Below are positions 34,892 through 43,354 of a DNA stretch of 64,000 bases, one piece after another (position 1 is the stretch's first letter; each line of letters starts with the position of its first letter). Location of the stretch: NCBI GenBank assembly GCA_046732465.1, contig JBKPND010000029.1, positions 17,123-81,122 of the forward strand. The letters run 5' to 3'. The DNA is from Actinomycetota bacterium. GTDB taxonomy: Bacteria; Actinomycetota; Thermoleophilia; Solirubrobacterales; 70-9. The position numbers were made by a program, and so were the translations under genes. The notes beneath the pieces were generated by a model. It saw nothing but the letters and a program-made list of their open reading frames with translations. It was not told the origin of the DNA and ran no database searches.

Positions 34892-35515
34892 ATGGCCCGG
34901 ACGAGCACAAGAGGGAACTCGCAGGCTCGCCGCAGTACGACGGGGGGGTCGAACGGCTCGGGCCGATCGGCGGCCTCCTCTAGGCGCTCGAGTTCGGCTC
35001 GAAGCCGTCAGGGGCGCAACGGAACAAGTGCTACGAGGAGTCGGGCGTCGGGAGCCGCCCGACGCGGCTCGCGCACCAGCGCGGGCTCCCGCCGTCGGTC
35101 GAGGAGTTCAGGTGGGACCGGTCCGGCAGCTTCCGTCAAGCAGGTTGCTGCAAAGGGCAAGAACGCCGTTGCCGAGGGAGTGCAGAATGGCCGTAAGGCG
35201 GTCTCAACCGCCGCGGGCAAGGTGAAGGGGCCGGCTCTCGCGGCCGGGGCAGCCTTGGCGGGCGTCGCGGGTGGAATGGCTCTGCAGTCGAAGCGCGACT
35301 CCGGGCGGAAGGTCCTGGGACTTCGGGTCGGCAAGGGCGTCGGCGATGTCGGGCGGAACCTCGCCGATGCCGGCCAGAGCGCGGGCAGGTTCACCGAGAA
35401 CCTCGGTGAGTTTGCTGTCGAGATGCGCAAGACACGCGAGGCGATCGAGGATCGATCACAGAAGCATCGCTCGCCGATTGAGGTCGTGTTGCAAGCTTTG
35501 ACCGCGCGACGCTGA
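34892..35515 (+). CDS. Hypothetical protein: Arg/Ser-rich disordered N-terminus, one TM-like segment, helical C-terminus
   Basis: AAAGGAGGG SD lies 6 nt upstream of ATG 34892. The sequence reads MARTSTRGNSQARRSTTGGS..AAGAALAGVAGGMAL..SPIEVVLQALTARR. Confidence 0.6.
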   Translation: MARTSTRGNSQARRSTTGGSNGSGRSAASSRRSSSARSRQGRNGTSATRSRASGAARRGSRTSAGSRRRSRSSGGTGPAASVKQVAAKGKNAVAEGVQNGRKAVSTAAGKVKGPALAAGAALAGVAGGMALQSKRDSGRKVLGLRVGKGVGDVGRNLADAGQSAGRFTENLGEFAVEMRKTREAIEDRSQKHRSPIEVVLQALTARR

Positions 35516-35549
35516 CGACAAATTCGCGGTCCGAATCCGGCGCCCGCTA

Positions 35550-36287
35550 TCAGCGCCTGCACTCGAGCTGATAGGTGTTCATCAGCTCGTCCTGCACGAT
35601 GATCGCGTCACCGGCGGTCCGCAATCTGAGGTCGTGACGCAGCTTGCGGGTGCGGTAGTTCCAGCCGGCGGGCAGCTGCAGTCGTGACCCGAGTCCACTA
35701 AGCGCGCCGAGTGTGAGCGCGGGGCTCACGATCTGCGAGTACGCCTGCATCACGTACATGCTGCCGTCCGGGCCGACCAGCTCGTAGACGCGGTGGCGCC
35801 GGCCCCACGTGAAGGTGTTCTTTCGCAAGACGGTCGTCTCGGTATAGGGGGCGAGCCCGGGTACGCCGTTCGTGATCGGCACATGGACCTGGGCGATCTC
35901 GCGCATCCTCATGGAGCCGAACGTGCGGATCTGCCCCATCCCGGGGGCGAGCCGGATCGAGGCACGGTCGACCAGCCAGTGGCGCGGCCCGTTCAGGCGG
36001 ATGGCCAGGGCGCCGAGCTCGGTGGCCAGCGCCTTCTCGTCCTGGGCCTCCCAGAGGGCGGGCGGGCACTTGTTGAGCCCGTAGCTGTTCCACACGTCCG
36101 CCAGGAGGTCCGGGAACGTGCCGTGGACCGCGAGGATCTCGCAGTAGCGGTCGTTGAACATCCTGAGCGTGACCTTCGGCTTCGCGGCCTTGTGCTTGGC
36201 CGCCGAGGCGGCGGCGGGCGAGAGTGAGGCGGCGATCACGAGGGCCGCGGCAAGCAGCCACCGCAACGGTCGAGGCAGCCCGTGCAT
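35550..36287 (-). CDS. Secreted hypothetical protein
   Basis: A signal peptide (LRWLLAAALVIAASLSPAAASA) is present. I do not recognise a family. Confidence 0.6.
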   Translation of the reverse strand: MHGLPRPLRWLLAAALVIAASLSPAAASAAKHKAAKPKVTLRMFNDRYCEILAVHGTFPDLLADVWNSYGLNKCPPALWEAQDEKALATELGALAIRLNGPRHWLVDRASIRLAPGMGQIRTFGSMRMREIAQVHVPITNGVPGLAPYTETTVLRKNTFTWGRRHRVYELVGPDGSMYVMQAYSQIVSPALTLGALSGLGSRLQLPAGWNYRTRKLRHDLRLRTAGDAIIVQDELMNTYQLECRR

Positions 36288-36377
36288 TGCGCCAACCTAC
36301 CGCGTCCGACGGGTGGTGAAGGTTGGCCCCGACCTGAGCGTCGGGGCCAACCGTGACCTCTCGGTCAATCGCGAACG

Positions 36378-36665
36378 TCACCCACTCGGGTTGCATGCGT
36401 CGCCGGGACTCGGCACGACCGCCTTGAGTCCCTCGCGGACGAAGCTGTACCCGTAGGACTGCACTCGACCGGGCGGATTCTCGGGATCCGTAGACGTCGG
36501 GTTGTCGTTCTGCCCGGAGAACGAGCAGACCGAGCGACCCTGGGAGTAGTCCTCCTTCTTGCCGTTTCCGGTGATCTCACCCGCGAGAGCGGCATCGACA
36601 CTGACACTCGCCAGGGCGGCCACACAGACAGCACCGGCGAGCAAGGTCTTCTTGCGCATCGTCAA
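36378..36665 (-). CDS. Small secreted protein (mature form about 67 aa, 2 Cys)
   Basis: The signal peptide is MRKKTLLAGAVCVAALASVSVDAALA. I do not recognise a family. Confidence 0.55.
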   Translation of the reverse strand: MTMRKKTLLAGAVCVAALASVSVDAALAGEITGNGKKEDYSQGRSVCSFSGQNDNPTSTDPENPPGRVQSYGYSFVREGLKAVVPSPGDACNPSG

Positions 36666-36822
36666 CCTCCTCCTCGGGGCCGGCGGCGGCTAAAGGCTTT
36701 CGCCGCGGGCCGATTGGTTGTCGGCGGCACGCTCTCGCCACTGCGCTTCGGCAGCGTCACGTCCGCGTTACTCCTGCGTGACATCTGGGTCGCGCGGGGT
36801 CTCGGCGCCCGCGGGGCTCGGA

Positions 36823-38961
36823 TCAGGCCTTAACGGCGAGCAGCTCCCATTCGCCGGGGATGCCCTTCAGAGTGTGACGGCCGCGGTCCTGGAACTCGAT
36901 GCCCGATCCGGTCACCAGGTCGCGAACGGTCCTGGTGACGAGCACCTCGCGGGGACCGGCCAGGCCGCCCACGCGCGCCCCGATGTGCACGGCGACACCG
37001 GTGAGATCATCACCCAATACGTCGCATTCGCCGGTGTGCAGGCCGGCTCGGACCTCCAAGGCGTCCGCACCGACCTTGTCGGTGATCGCCCGCGCGCAGC
37101 GGATCGCGCGCGCGGGTCCATCGAAGCAGGCGAGAAATCCGTCGCCGATTGTCCGTACCTCTTCGCCGCCGAAGCGCTCGAGCTCCCGGCGCACGGCGGA
37201 GCGATGTGCCTCGAGCAACTCGTGCCAGCGCCGATCGCCCATGCGCACGACTCGCTCGGTCGACCCGACGATGTCGGTGAACATGACCGTCTTGAGCACC
37301 CGGTCGATCGCGTGCTCCTGTCGGCTCCCGGTGAGGAATTCCTCGATCTCGTCGAGGATCTCCTCGTCCTTGCCGACCGCGCTGAAGTGGAAGTCGCCGG
37401 GAAACTCCATCAACCGCGCCTCGGGGATGTGCTCGGCGAGATAGCGGCCGTGCTCCACCCCCACCAGCGGATCGCCGGTGCGGTGAACGACGAGCGTGGG
37501 CGCCGAGATCGCGGGCAGGGCCTCGCGAGCGTCGATGTGCATGCCGAACTCGTTGGCTGCCGCGGCCATTTTCGGAGTCGCCGCGGCGCGCTCGAAGCGG
37601 GCCAGGTGGCGGCGGGTGGCCTCATCGTGGGGCGCGTCGTGGATCGAGATCATGGGCCAGACGCGACCCTGGCCCCAAAGCTGCTCGATCTGGTCGAGGA
37701 ACTGCTCGCTCAGTTGAGGATCGACTCCCTCGGGGTAGTCAGGGGCCCATGCCATGCGGGCGAAGGTGCACCAGAGCACCAGGGCGCTCACCCGCTCGGG
37801 ATAGGTCGCCGCGAACAGGATCGCCATGGGCCCGCCCTCTGAGATGCCGACGATTGCGGCCCTCTCGCACTCCGCCGCGTCCATCACCGCCCGCACGTCA
37901 TCCATTCGCTCCTCGAGGGTGGGCAGCTCCGCAGTGCGATCGGAGAGACCCATGCCGCGCTTGTCGAAGGTGATCATGCGCGCGAACCTCGACAGCCTGC
38001 GGTACATGCCCGCCGCCGCCGGTGTCTCCCAGCCGAGCTCGACATGGGACAGCGATCCCGGGACGAAGACCAGGTCTCGGCCCGTCCCGACCACCTGGTA
38101 CGCGATGCTGAGTTCACCGCTCCTGGCGTAACGGGTCTCCACGGGCGTGGCGAGGGGCGGGTATGCGACCTCGGACGCGACCGGTTGGCTCGTCGAGGCA
38201 GTCGATCCATCGCCATTCACGGCCGGATGGCGACTCGCCTCACCGCTTCGGACCCTCTCGAGCAGCTCGCGGCACTCTGCCGAGGGGGCGATGCCGAACT
38301 CGCGCTGAAGCCGAACGGCGTAGGACTGGTACGCGGCCAACGAACCGGCGCGATCCCCCGCCGCCGCGAGCCGGCGTATCAACTCGCGCTGCGCCTCCTC
38401 CGAGAGCGGATCGAGCTTCACCTGATCGCGGGTGCGGTCGAGTGCCGTGCCGAGGTCCCCGGAGCGTTCGGCCTCCTCCGCCAGCTGGCCGAGTACGCCG
38501 GCCAGTCGGTTGCGGTGGTGCTCGCGGGACTCGTTCACCCAGTCGTCGTCGAGATCGGCGAGCAGATCTCCCCGGCAGAGGGCCGCGGCGCTCTCGAGCT
38601 CCCCCCGTGACACCAGCCGGTTGAAATCGTCAAGGTCGATCGACAAGCCGGGACCCGGCTCGATCCCGACGCGCTCGCGCGAGGCGGTCACCACACCCGC
38701 GACCGACTCGCCGAGCTCGCGCCTGAGGATTGCGAGGGTGGTACGCAGGCTGGACCGTGCGCTCTCCTCGAGGACGTCGGGCCAGAAAACGCCCGCGACG
38801 CGGCTCCGAGGATGCAGCCCGGGGTGGATCGCGAGCCAGGCGAGGAGCGAGCGCGCCCTGCGGCTCGAGATCGCGTTCGACTCCCGCCCACCGACCTCGA
38901 GGGCGAGCTTACCGAGCACGCGGATTTCGACCTTCTCCTTCTCCGAGCCGCGCTGTGCCAA
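36823..38961 (-). CDS. Three-domain protein: SARP (wHTH + BTAD) / alpha/beta hydrolase / class III nucleotide cyclase
   Basis: The N-terminus (IRVLGKLALEVGG..ARSLLAWLAIHPG.. plus BTAD-like helices) is followed by a middle region (YARSGELSIAYQVVG..GISEGG) and a C-terminus (TVMFTDIVGSTERVVRMGD..GDGFLACFDGPARAIRCA..GLHTGE). Confidence 0.85.
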   Translation of the reverse strand: MAQRGSEKEKVEIRVLGKLALEVGGRESNAISSRRARSLLAWLAIHPGLHPRSRVAGVFWPDVLEESARSSLRTTLAILRRELGESVAGVVTASRERVGIEPGPGLSIDLDDFNRLVSRGELESAAALCRGDLLADLDDDWVNESREHHRNRLAGVLGQLAEEAERSGDLGTALDRTRDQVKLDPLSEEAQRELIRRLAAAGDRAGSLAAYQSYAVRLQREFGIAPSAECRELLERVRSGEASRHPAVNGDGSTASTSQPVASEVAYPPLATPVETRYARSGELSIAYQVVGTGRDLVFVPGSLSHVELGWETPAAAGMYRRLSRFARMITFDKRGMGLSDRTAELPTLEERMDDVRAVMDAAECERAAIVGISEGGPMAILFAATYPERVSALVLWCTFARMAWAPDYPEGVDPQLSEQFLDQIEQLWGQGRVWPMISIHDAPHDEATRRHLARFERAAATPKMAAAANEFGMHIDAREALPAISAPTLVVHRTGDPLVGVEHGRYLAEHIPEARLMEFPGDFHFSAVGKDEEILDEIEEFLTGSRQEHAIDRVLKTVMFTDIVGSTERVVRMGDRRWHELLEAHRSAVRRELERFGGEEVRTIGDGFLACFDGPARAIRCARAITDKVGADALEVRAGLHTGECDVLGDDLTGVAVHIGARVGGLAGPREVLVTRTVRDLVTGSGIEFQDRGRHTLKGIPGEWELLAVKA

Positions 38962-39026
38962 CCCATCGCCTTCCGTAGCGGTCAGGGCGCACCAGCCAGC
39001 ATTGCAGAGCCAGCCACGCCCAGTAA

Positions 39027-39048
39027 AGGGCCCTCGATCGAGGGCCCT
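39027..39048. repeat. GGGCCC hairpin family copy I (perfect 22-nt palindrome)
   Basis: AGGGCCCTCGA/TCGAGGGCCCT lies between convergent or divergent gene ends, immediately upstream of the start-less STAS ORF. Confidence 0.6.
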
Positions 39049-39126
39049 CGGTGCGTATAAGGTGACCTCACGGAACGCAAGGACGCAACCGAGCTGCTCG
39101 AGATCGCCGTCTCCGAGACCGGAGGC

Positions 39127-39417
39127 GTGCGGCGGGTCCGCCTGACGGGCGAGCTCGACATGGCGGGGGTCGACCGATTCGAGCGGTCACTGGCCTACGA
39201 CCAGACTCCCGAGGCGGGGACGTTCGTCCTCGACCTGCGGGGACTCACCTTCATCGACTCCTCGGGCCTGCGGGCGGTGATCATGGCCGACCAGCGCGTG
39301 CGCTCCGAAGGCGGTCGCTTCGTCGTCGTCAGGGGCTCGGACCGGGTCAATCAGGTGATGGAGATGACGGGCGTCGCCCAGCGGATCGAGCTGGTCGACG
39401 AGCCCCCGGCGTCCTAG
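39127..39417 (+). CDS. STAS-domain anti-sigma-factor antagonist (RsbV/SpoIIAA-like)
   Basis: LTGELDMAGV..LDLRGLTFIDSSGLRAVI matches STAS, including the phospho-Ser context DSSG. STAS-like sequence (LLEIAVSETGG) continues upstream of the first available start, GTG 39127. Confidence 0.75.
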   Translation: MRRVRLTGELDMAGVDRFERSLAYDQTPEAGTFVLDLRGLTFIDSSGLRAVIMADQRVRSEGGRFVVVRGSDRVNQVMEMTGVAQRIELVDEPPAS

Positions 39418-39424
39418 ACGGCTC

Positions 39425-41449
39425 TCACGCTCGGATGGGTTGCGGGACGTCCATCTCCAGCCAAACGGTGGTCCATCCCGCTTCGCGGTCGACGCCCCAG
39501 CGATCCGCGAGTCGCTCCGTCAGGAACAGGCCCCAGCCGCCTGGTCCCCTGGGGGCCGGCTCGGCGACGTTGGCGCCGAACCCCTCGCCAGGGTCGCTCA
39601 CCTCGACGCGGACGACGCGATCCGAAAGCCCGACCTGGAGCCGGACCAGGTCTCGGCGCCGCAGCCGGGCGTGGCGGACGCTGTTGGTGACGAGCTCGCT
39701 GACCAGCAGGGAGAGGTCGAGGTAGACCTTGGTGTCGAGCGCAGCCGCGAGCGGCGCGAGGGCCGACCGCGCCTCGGCCGGGCACTGCGGACCCGGCTCG
39801 AGCTCCACCACCAGCGATTCGCCCGGCGCGCGCACCGTCGAGCCGCCGTTACCCGAGTCGACCCGGCGCAGGACGACCACCGCCACGTCGTCGTCGGGTT
39901 GGGTCTCGCCGTTCAGCGCGAGCTGGCCGAGCCGAGTCGCCGTCTCGCTCGCGCTGGCGCCGACGCTGGCTCGCAGCATCTCCCTGATCCGGACGGCGGG
40001 ATCGTCGTCGGGGTCACGCCGCTCAGCGAGCCCATCCGTGAAGAGGATGAGCGCATCGCCAGGCAGCAACTCGACGCGCTGGTCGACCAGCTCCGCGTCG
40101 GAGTAGATCCCGAGCAGCATCCCGCCTTCACCGACCACCTCCTCGACCTCGCCCCGGGCACGGACCAGGAGCGGGGGCGGATGACCGCCGTTGCTCAGGG
40201 CCACGGCGTGGTCGGAGCCGTCGAGATCGAGCTGCACCAGGACCGCCGTCATGAAGCGCTGATCCGACCGCTGTTCCAGGATGGCTTCGTTGAGCGCCCC
40301 CAACGCGTCGCTCGGGCCGGTCGCCCGGCGCCCGACGGCCCGCAGCGTGTAGCGAGCGAGCGCGGTCAGGGAGGCAGCCTCGGGCCCCTTGCCGCAGACG
40401 TCCCCGATGACCGCCACCCAGCGGTCGGCACTCGCCTTGAAGACGTCGTAGAAGTCGCCACCCGCCTCCTGACCCTGCATGCCGGCCCGATACCAGCCGG
40501 CCGCCTCGAACTGGGGGATGTCGGGGAGCTGAGGGGGCAGCAGCTCCGCCTGCAGATCGTGCGCGAGATCCCGCGCTCGCCGCTCGGCGCTGGTCCGCTC
40601 GGAGGTGACGGTTGCCAGGATCAGGCCGGTCAGCCCGACGATCATCGAGAAGCCCTGGGCGAGCAGCAGGCTGGCGTCCTGTGACGAGCGGACGAATGGC
40701 CCCGAGTCGTTGCTCGTGAAGGCGACCGCAACGATGGCAAGGGCGACCGCGGCCAGGGTCGCCCCGGGCTGCAGGAATCGAAGCCCCGCCCAGACAACGA
40801 CCGGGAAGGTCAGGTAGGCGGCGGGAGAATCGTGGGTGAAGACCACGAGTGAAATCCCGACCAGGGCCGCAATCAGGACGAGCGCCTCGGCCACGCTTCC
40901 CGGTAGGTCGCGGTAGGGCCAGTGCGTGACGAGGACGAAGATCAGGGACGCGATCAGCAGGTCGCCTCCCATGTCGCCCAGCCACCACACGCGCCATGCC
41001 GAGAGGGCGCCTCCGGAGAGCGAGTCCCCGATGCTGAGGCTGGCGACGCCGATCGTCGCGCTCACCGCGGTGCTGATCACCCCGGCCAGCAGGACGAGCG
41101 TGAAGATGTCGCGGAGACGCCGCAGCGTGGGGCGGAAGCCGAAGCGATCGAGCAGGTGTGCGCCGACCACCGCCTCCAGCGTGTTCCCGACCGCGATTCC
41201 GGCGGCCGTGTATACGGGCACGTCCGTCGTGACGTTGGCGAGAAAGGCGCCCAGCAGCACGCCCGGCCACAGGTGGCGTCCCCCGAGCACGAGGGCGGCG
41301 AGGGCGATCCCGGTCGGCGGCCAGACCGCCGTGACGCTCTCGTTGGAGAAGGCGAGCGTCAGCCCGAGCTTCGCCGAGGCGAAGTACACGCCCGCCAGGA
41401 CCAGTCCCCATAAGGAGGCCTCCAGCCTCCCTGATCGCATCGGCGTCAC
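39425..41449 (-). CDS. MASE1 membrane sensor / PP2C (SpoIIE) phosphatase / RsbW-like HATPase fusion
   Basis: The N-terminus is multi-TM (SAKLGLTLAF..SVTAVWPPTGIALAAL). The middle carries GGDFYDV..VIGDVCGKGPEAA. The C-terminus carries LLVSELVTNSVRHA..VSDPGEGF..GGWGLFL. Confidence 0.8.
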   Translation of the reverse strand: MTPMRSGRLEASLWGLVLAGVYFASAKLGLTLAFSNESVTAVWPPTGIALAALVLGGRHLWPGVLLGAFLANVTTDVPVYTAAGIAVGNTLEAVVGAHLLDRFGFRPTLRRLRDIFTLVLLAGVISTAVSATIGVASLSIGDSLSGGALSAWRVWWLGDMGGDLLIASLIFVLVTHWPYRDLPGSVAEALVLIAALVGISLVVFTHDSPAAYLTFPVVVWAGLRFLQPGATLAAVALAIVAVAFTSNDSGPFVRSSQDASLLLAQGFSMIVGLTGLILATVTSERTSAERRARDLAHDLQAELLPPQLPDIPQFEAAGWYRAGMQGQEAGGDFYDVFKASADRWVAVIGDVCGKGPEAASLTALARYTLRAVGRRATGPSDALGALNEAILEQRSDQRFMTAVLVQLDLDGSDHAVALSNGGHPPPLLVRARGEVEEVVGEGGMLLGIYSDAELVDQRVELLPGDALILFTDGLAERRDPDDDPAVRIREMLRASVGASASETATRLGQLALNGETQPDDDVAVVVLRRVDSGNGGSTVRAPGESLVVELEPGPQCPAEARSALAPLAAALDTKVYLDLSLLVSELVTNSVRHARLRRRDLVRLQVGLSDRVVRVEVSDPGEGFGANVAEPAPRGPGGWGLFLTERLADRWGVDREAGWTTVWLEMDVPQPIRA

Positions 41450-41473
41450 CTCGCGTTCGAATCTATCGCGGTG

Positions 41474-42874
41474 TCAGCGACCGATGTGGAAACCGATCCG
41501 CACGGGAATCGACGCCAGGCTCCTGCTGACGGGCCCAGCCGTCGTGCCGCGCTCCTCGGCGGCCTCCTTCGCTACCAGGCCCGCCCGGATCGCGTTGCCG
41601 CCGAGCCACGACGCCAGGCCCGCGGGCACCCGTCGAGGATCGGAATCGACGATGGCCAGCCGGGAGGGTCCGTCCCGACGGTCCAGGGCCAGCGAGGCCG
41701 CGATCCTTCCCATCATCAGGGACGGGCCCACGCCATTGCCCGTGTAGCCGAAGACGCCGTAGACCCGGTCGGAGCCCAGGGGGACGATCACCGGGAGGTG
41801 GGCAGGGGAGACGTCGATCGGTCCTCCCCAAGCGTGGGTGATCCGGCGACCCTCGAGCCCGGGGAAGAAGGAGCGCAGGTGCGAGGCGACCTGGCCGACG
41901 AGCTCGGGGTCGAGCTCCGTGCGTCGTCCGAGGCGCGCGCCGCAGGCGATCCGTCCCCCGCCCCAGCCGAAGGCGATTCGCCCGTCCGGTGTCGTTCGCA
42001 TGTAGTGGACCATCGCGCGGCTGTCGGTGATGCATTCGCCGCCCGTCCAGACGATCTCCTCGAGGAGGTCCGGTACCGGCTCGGTCAGCACGATGTGGCT
42101 GGAGGTGACGGTGAGCCGACCGCGCAGGGGTGAGCCCACGGCGCCGGAGGCGGGCCCGATGGCGAGCACGCAGGACCCGGCGCGGATCCGGGCCGCCGGC
42201 GTCTCGGCCAGGCAGCCCCACGCCCCGGCGCGCAACCTGCGAAGCGGTGAGCGCTCGAAGACCCGAACGCCCGGGCGCTCGCCGAGCCGGTCGCGGAGGC
42301 CGAGCGCCAACCGCGCCGGCTGCACGGTCGCGGAGCCGGGGTAGAGCACGCCTCCGCGGAAGCGAGGCGAGCGGCACCGCCGCGCCACCTCGTCCGCACT
42401 CAGGGTCTTGGCCTGCTCGTCCTCGCCAAGCTCGTGGCAGACCTCGACCGCCTCGTCCGCGACGTGGTCCTGGGCGGGCGCCGCCGAGACCTGCAGGTAG
42501 CCGCTCTGCCGGAACCACGCATCGACCTCCTGCTCGGAGCAGAAGCGGCCGATCTCGTCCACCGCGTCCTGAGCGGCCCGCGCGACGGCGGCGGTCGCCT
42601 CCGCACCGAAGCGCTCGCGAAGGGTGTGCGCGCTGAACCACACGGCGTTCGCAAAACCGCCATTCCTGCCGCTCGGTCCGTGGCCGCAGCGGTCGGCCTC
42701 GATCAGGATCACGCTCGCCTCCGGCTCGAGCTGCGAGATCCGCCAGGCGGTCCACATGCCCGTGTAGCCGCCACCCAGCACGAGCACGTCGCAGCTCAGT
42801 TCACCGTCGGCCTCCGGCAATGGCGGTCGCTCGCCGGCCTCCTCGAGCCAGTATCCGTGCGCGGTATGCCTCAT
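41474..42874 (-). CDS. FAD-dependent oxidoreductase (DAO family)
   Basis: DVLVLGGGYTGMWTAW is a dinucleotide-binding motif. The length and C-terminal region are typical of PuuB/DAO-like enzymes. Confidence 0.8.
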   Translation of the reverse strand: MRHTAHGYWLEEAGERPPLPEADGELSCDVLVLGGGYTGMWTAWRISQLEPEASVILIEADRCGHGPSGRNGGFANAVWFSAHTLRERFGAEATAAVARAAQDAVDEIGRFCSEQEVDAWFRQSGYLQVSAAPAQDHVADEAVEVCHELGEDEQAKTLSADEVARRCRSPRFRGGVLYPGSATVQPARLALGLRDRLGERPGVRVFERSPLRRLRAGAWGCLAETPAARIRAGSCVLAIGPASGAVGSPLRGRLTVTSSHIVLTEPVPDLLEEIVWTGGECITDSRAMVHYMRTTPDGRIAFGWGGGRIACGARLGRRTELDPELVGQVASHLRSFFPGLEGRRITHAWGGPIDVSPAHLPVIVPLGSDRVYGVFGYTGNGVGPSLMMGRIAASLALDRRDGPSRLAIVDSDPRRVPAGLASWLGGNAIRAGLVAKEAAEERGTTAGPVSRSLASIPVRIGFHIGR

Positions 42875-42989
42875 CGGATGGGGTTTCCGGTGCCTTTCGA
42901 GGCCGAATACGGCAGTTCTGCCGTTTCTCGGCCGGCGAGCGGCTCCTAGCGTGGCCTAGCAAGCAATTCCCACGAAAGGAGACCGCATC

Positions 42990-43277
42990 ATGGACCTGTA
43001 CGTGATTCGCAGGCGCAGCAACTGGAAGAACCCCGAGGAGCTGGAGCTGGCCGCGGCGAGATCCTCCGCTGAGGGCGAGAAGATGAACGACGAGGTGCGG
43101 TGGATCCGCAGCTATGTCGTCGAGGAGGAGGACGGCAAGCTCGGCACCGTCTGCATCTACGAGGGCGTCAGCCCCGAGGCGATTCGCAGGCACGCGGAGA
43201 ACACCGGCATGTCCGCCGACGAGGTGACGAAGGTCGCCGACACCGTGATCGTCCGCGAGGACCCGGTCCCGGCGTGA
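42990..43277 (+). CDS. DUF4242 family protein
   Basis: [43 protein letters not shown] matches the family. An SD (AAAGGAGA) lies upstream. Confidence 0.7.
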   Translation: MDLYVIRRRSNWKNPEELELAAARSSAEGEKMNDEVRWIRSYVVEEEDGKLGTVCIYEGVSPEAIRRHAENTGMSADEVTKVADTVIVREDPVPA

Positions 43278-43354
43278 TGCCGGAAGTGGCAGGGCGCCGC
43301 ACGGACCGGCGGCGCCCTGCCGAAGGCGGGCCCGTTCGGCTTACACTCACGCCC

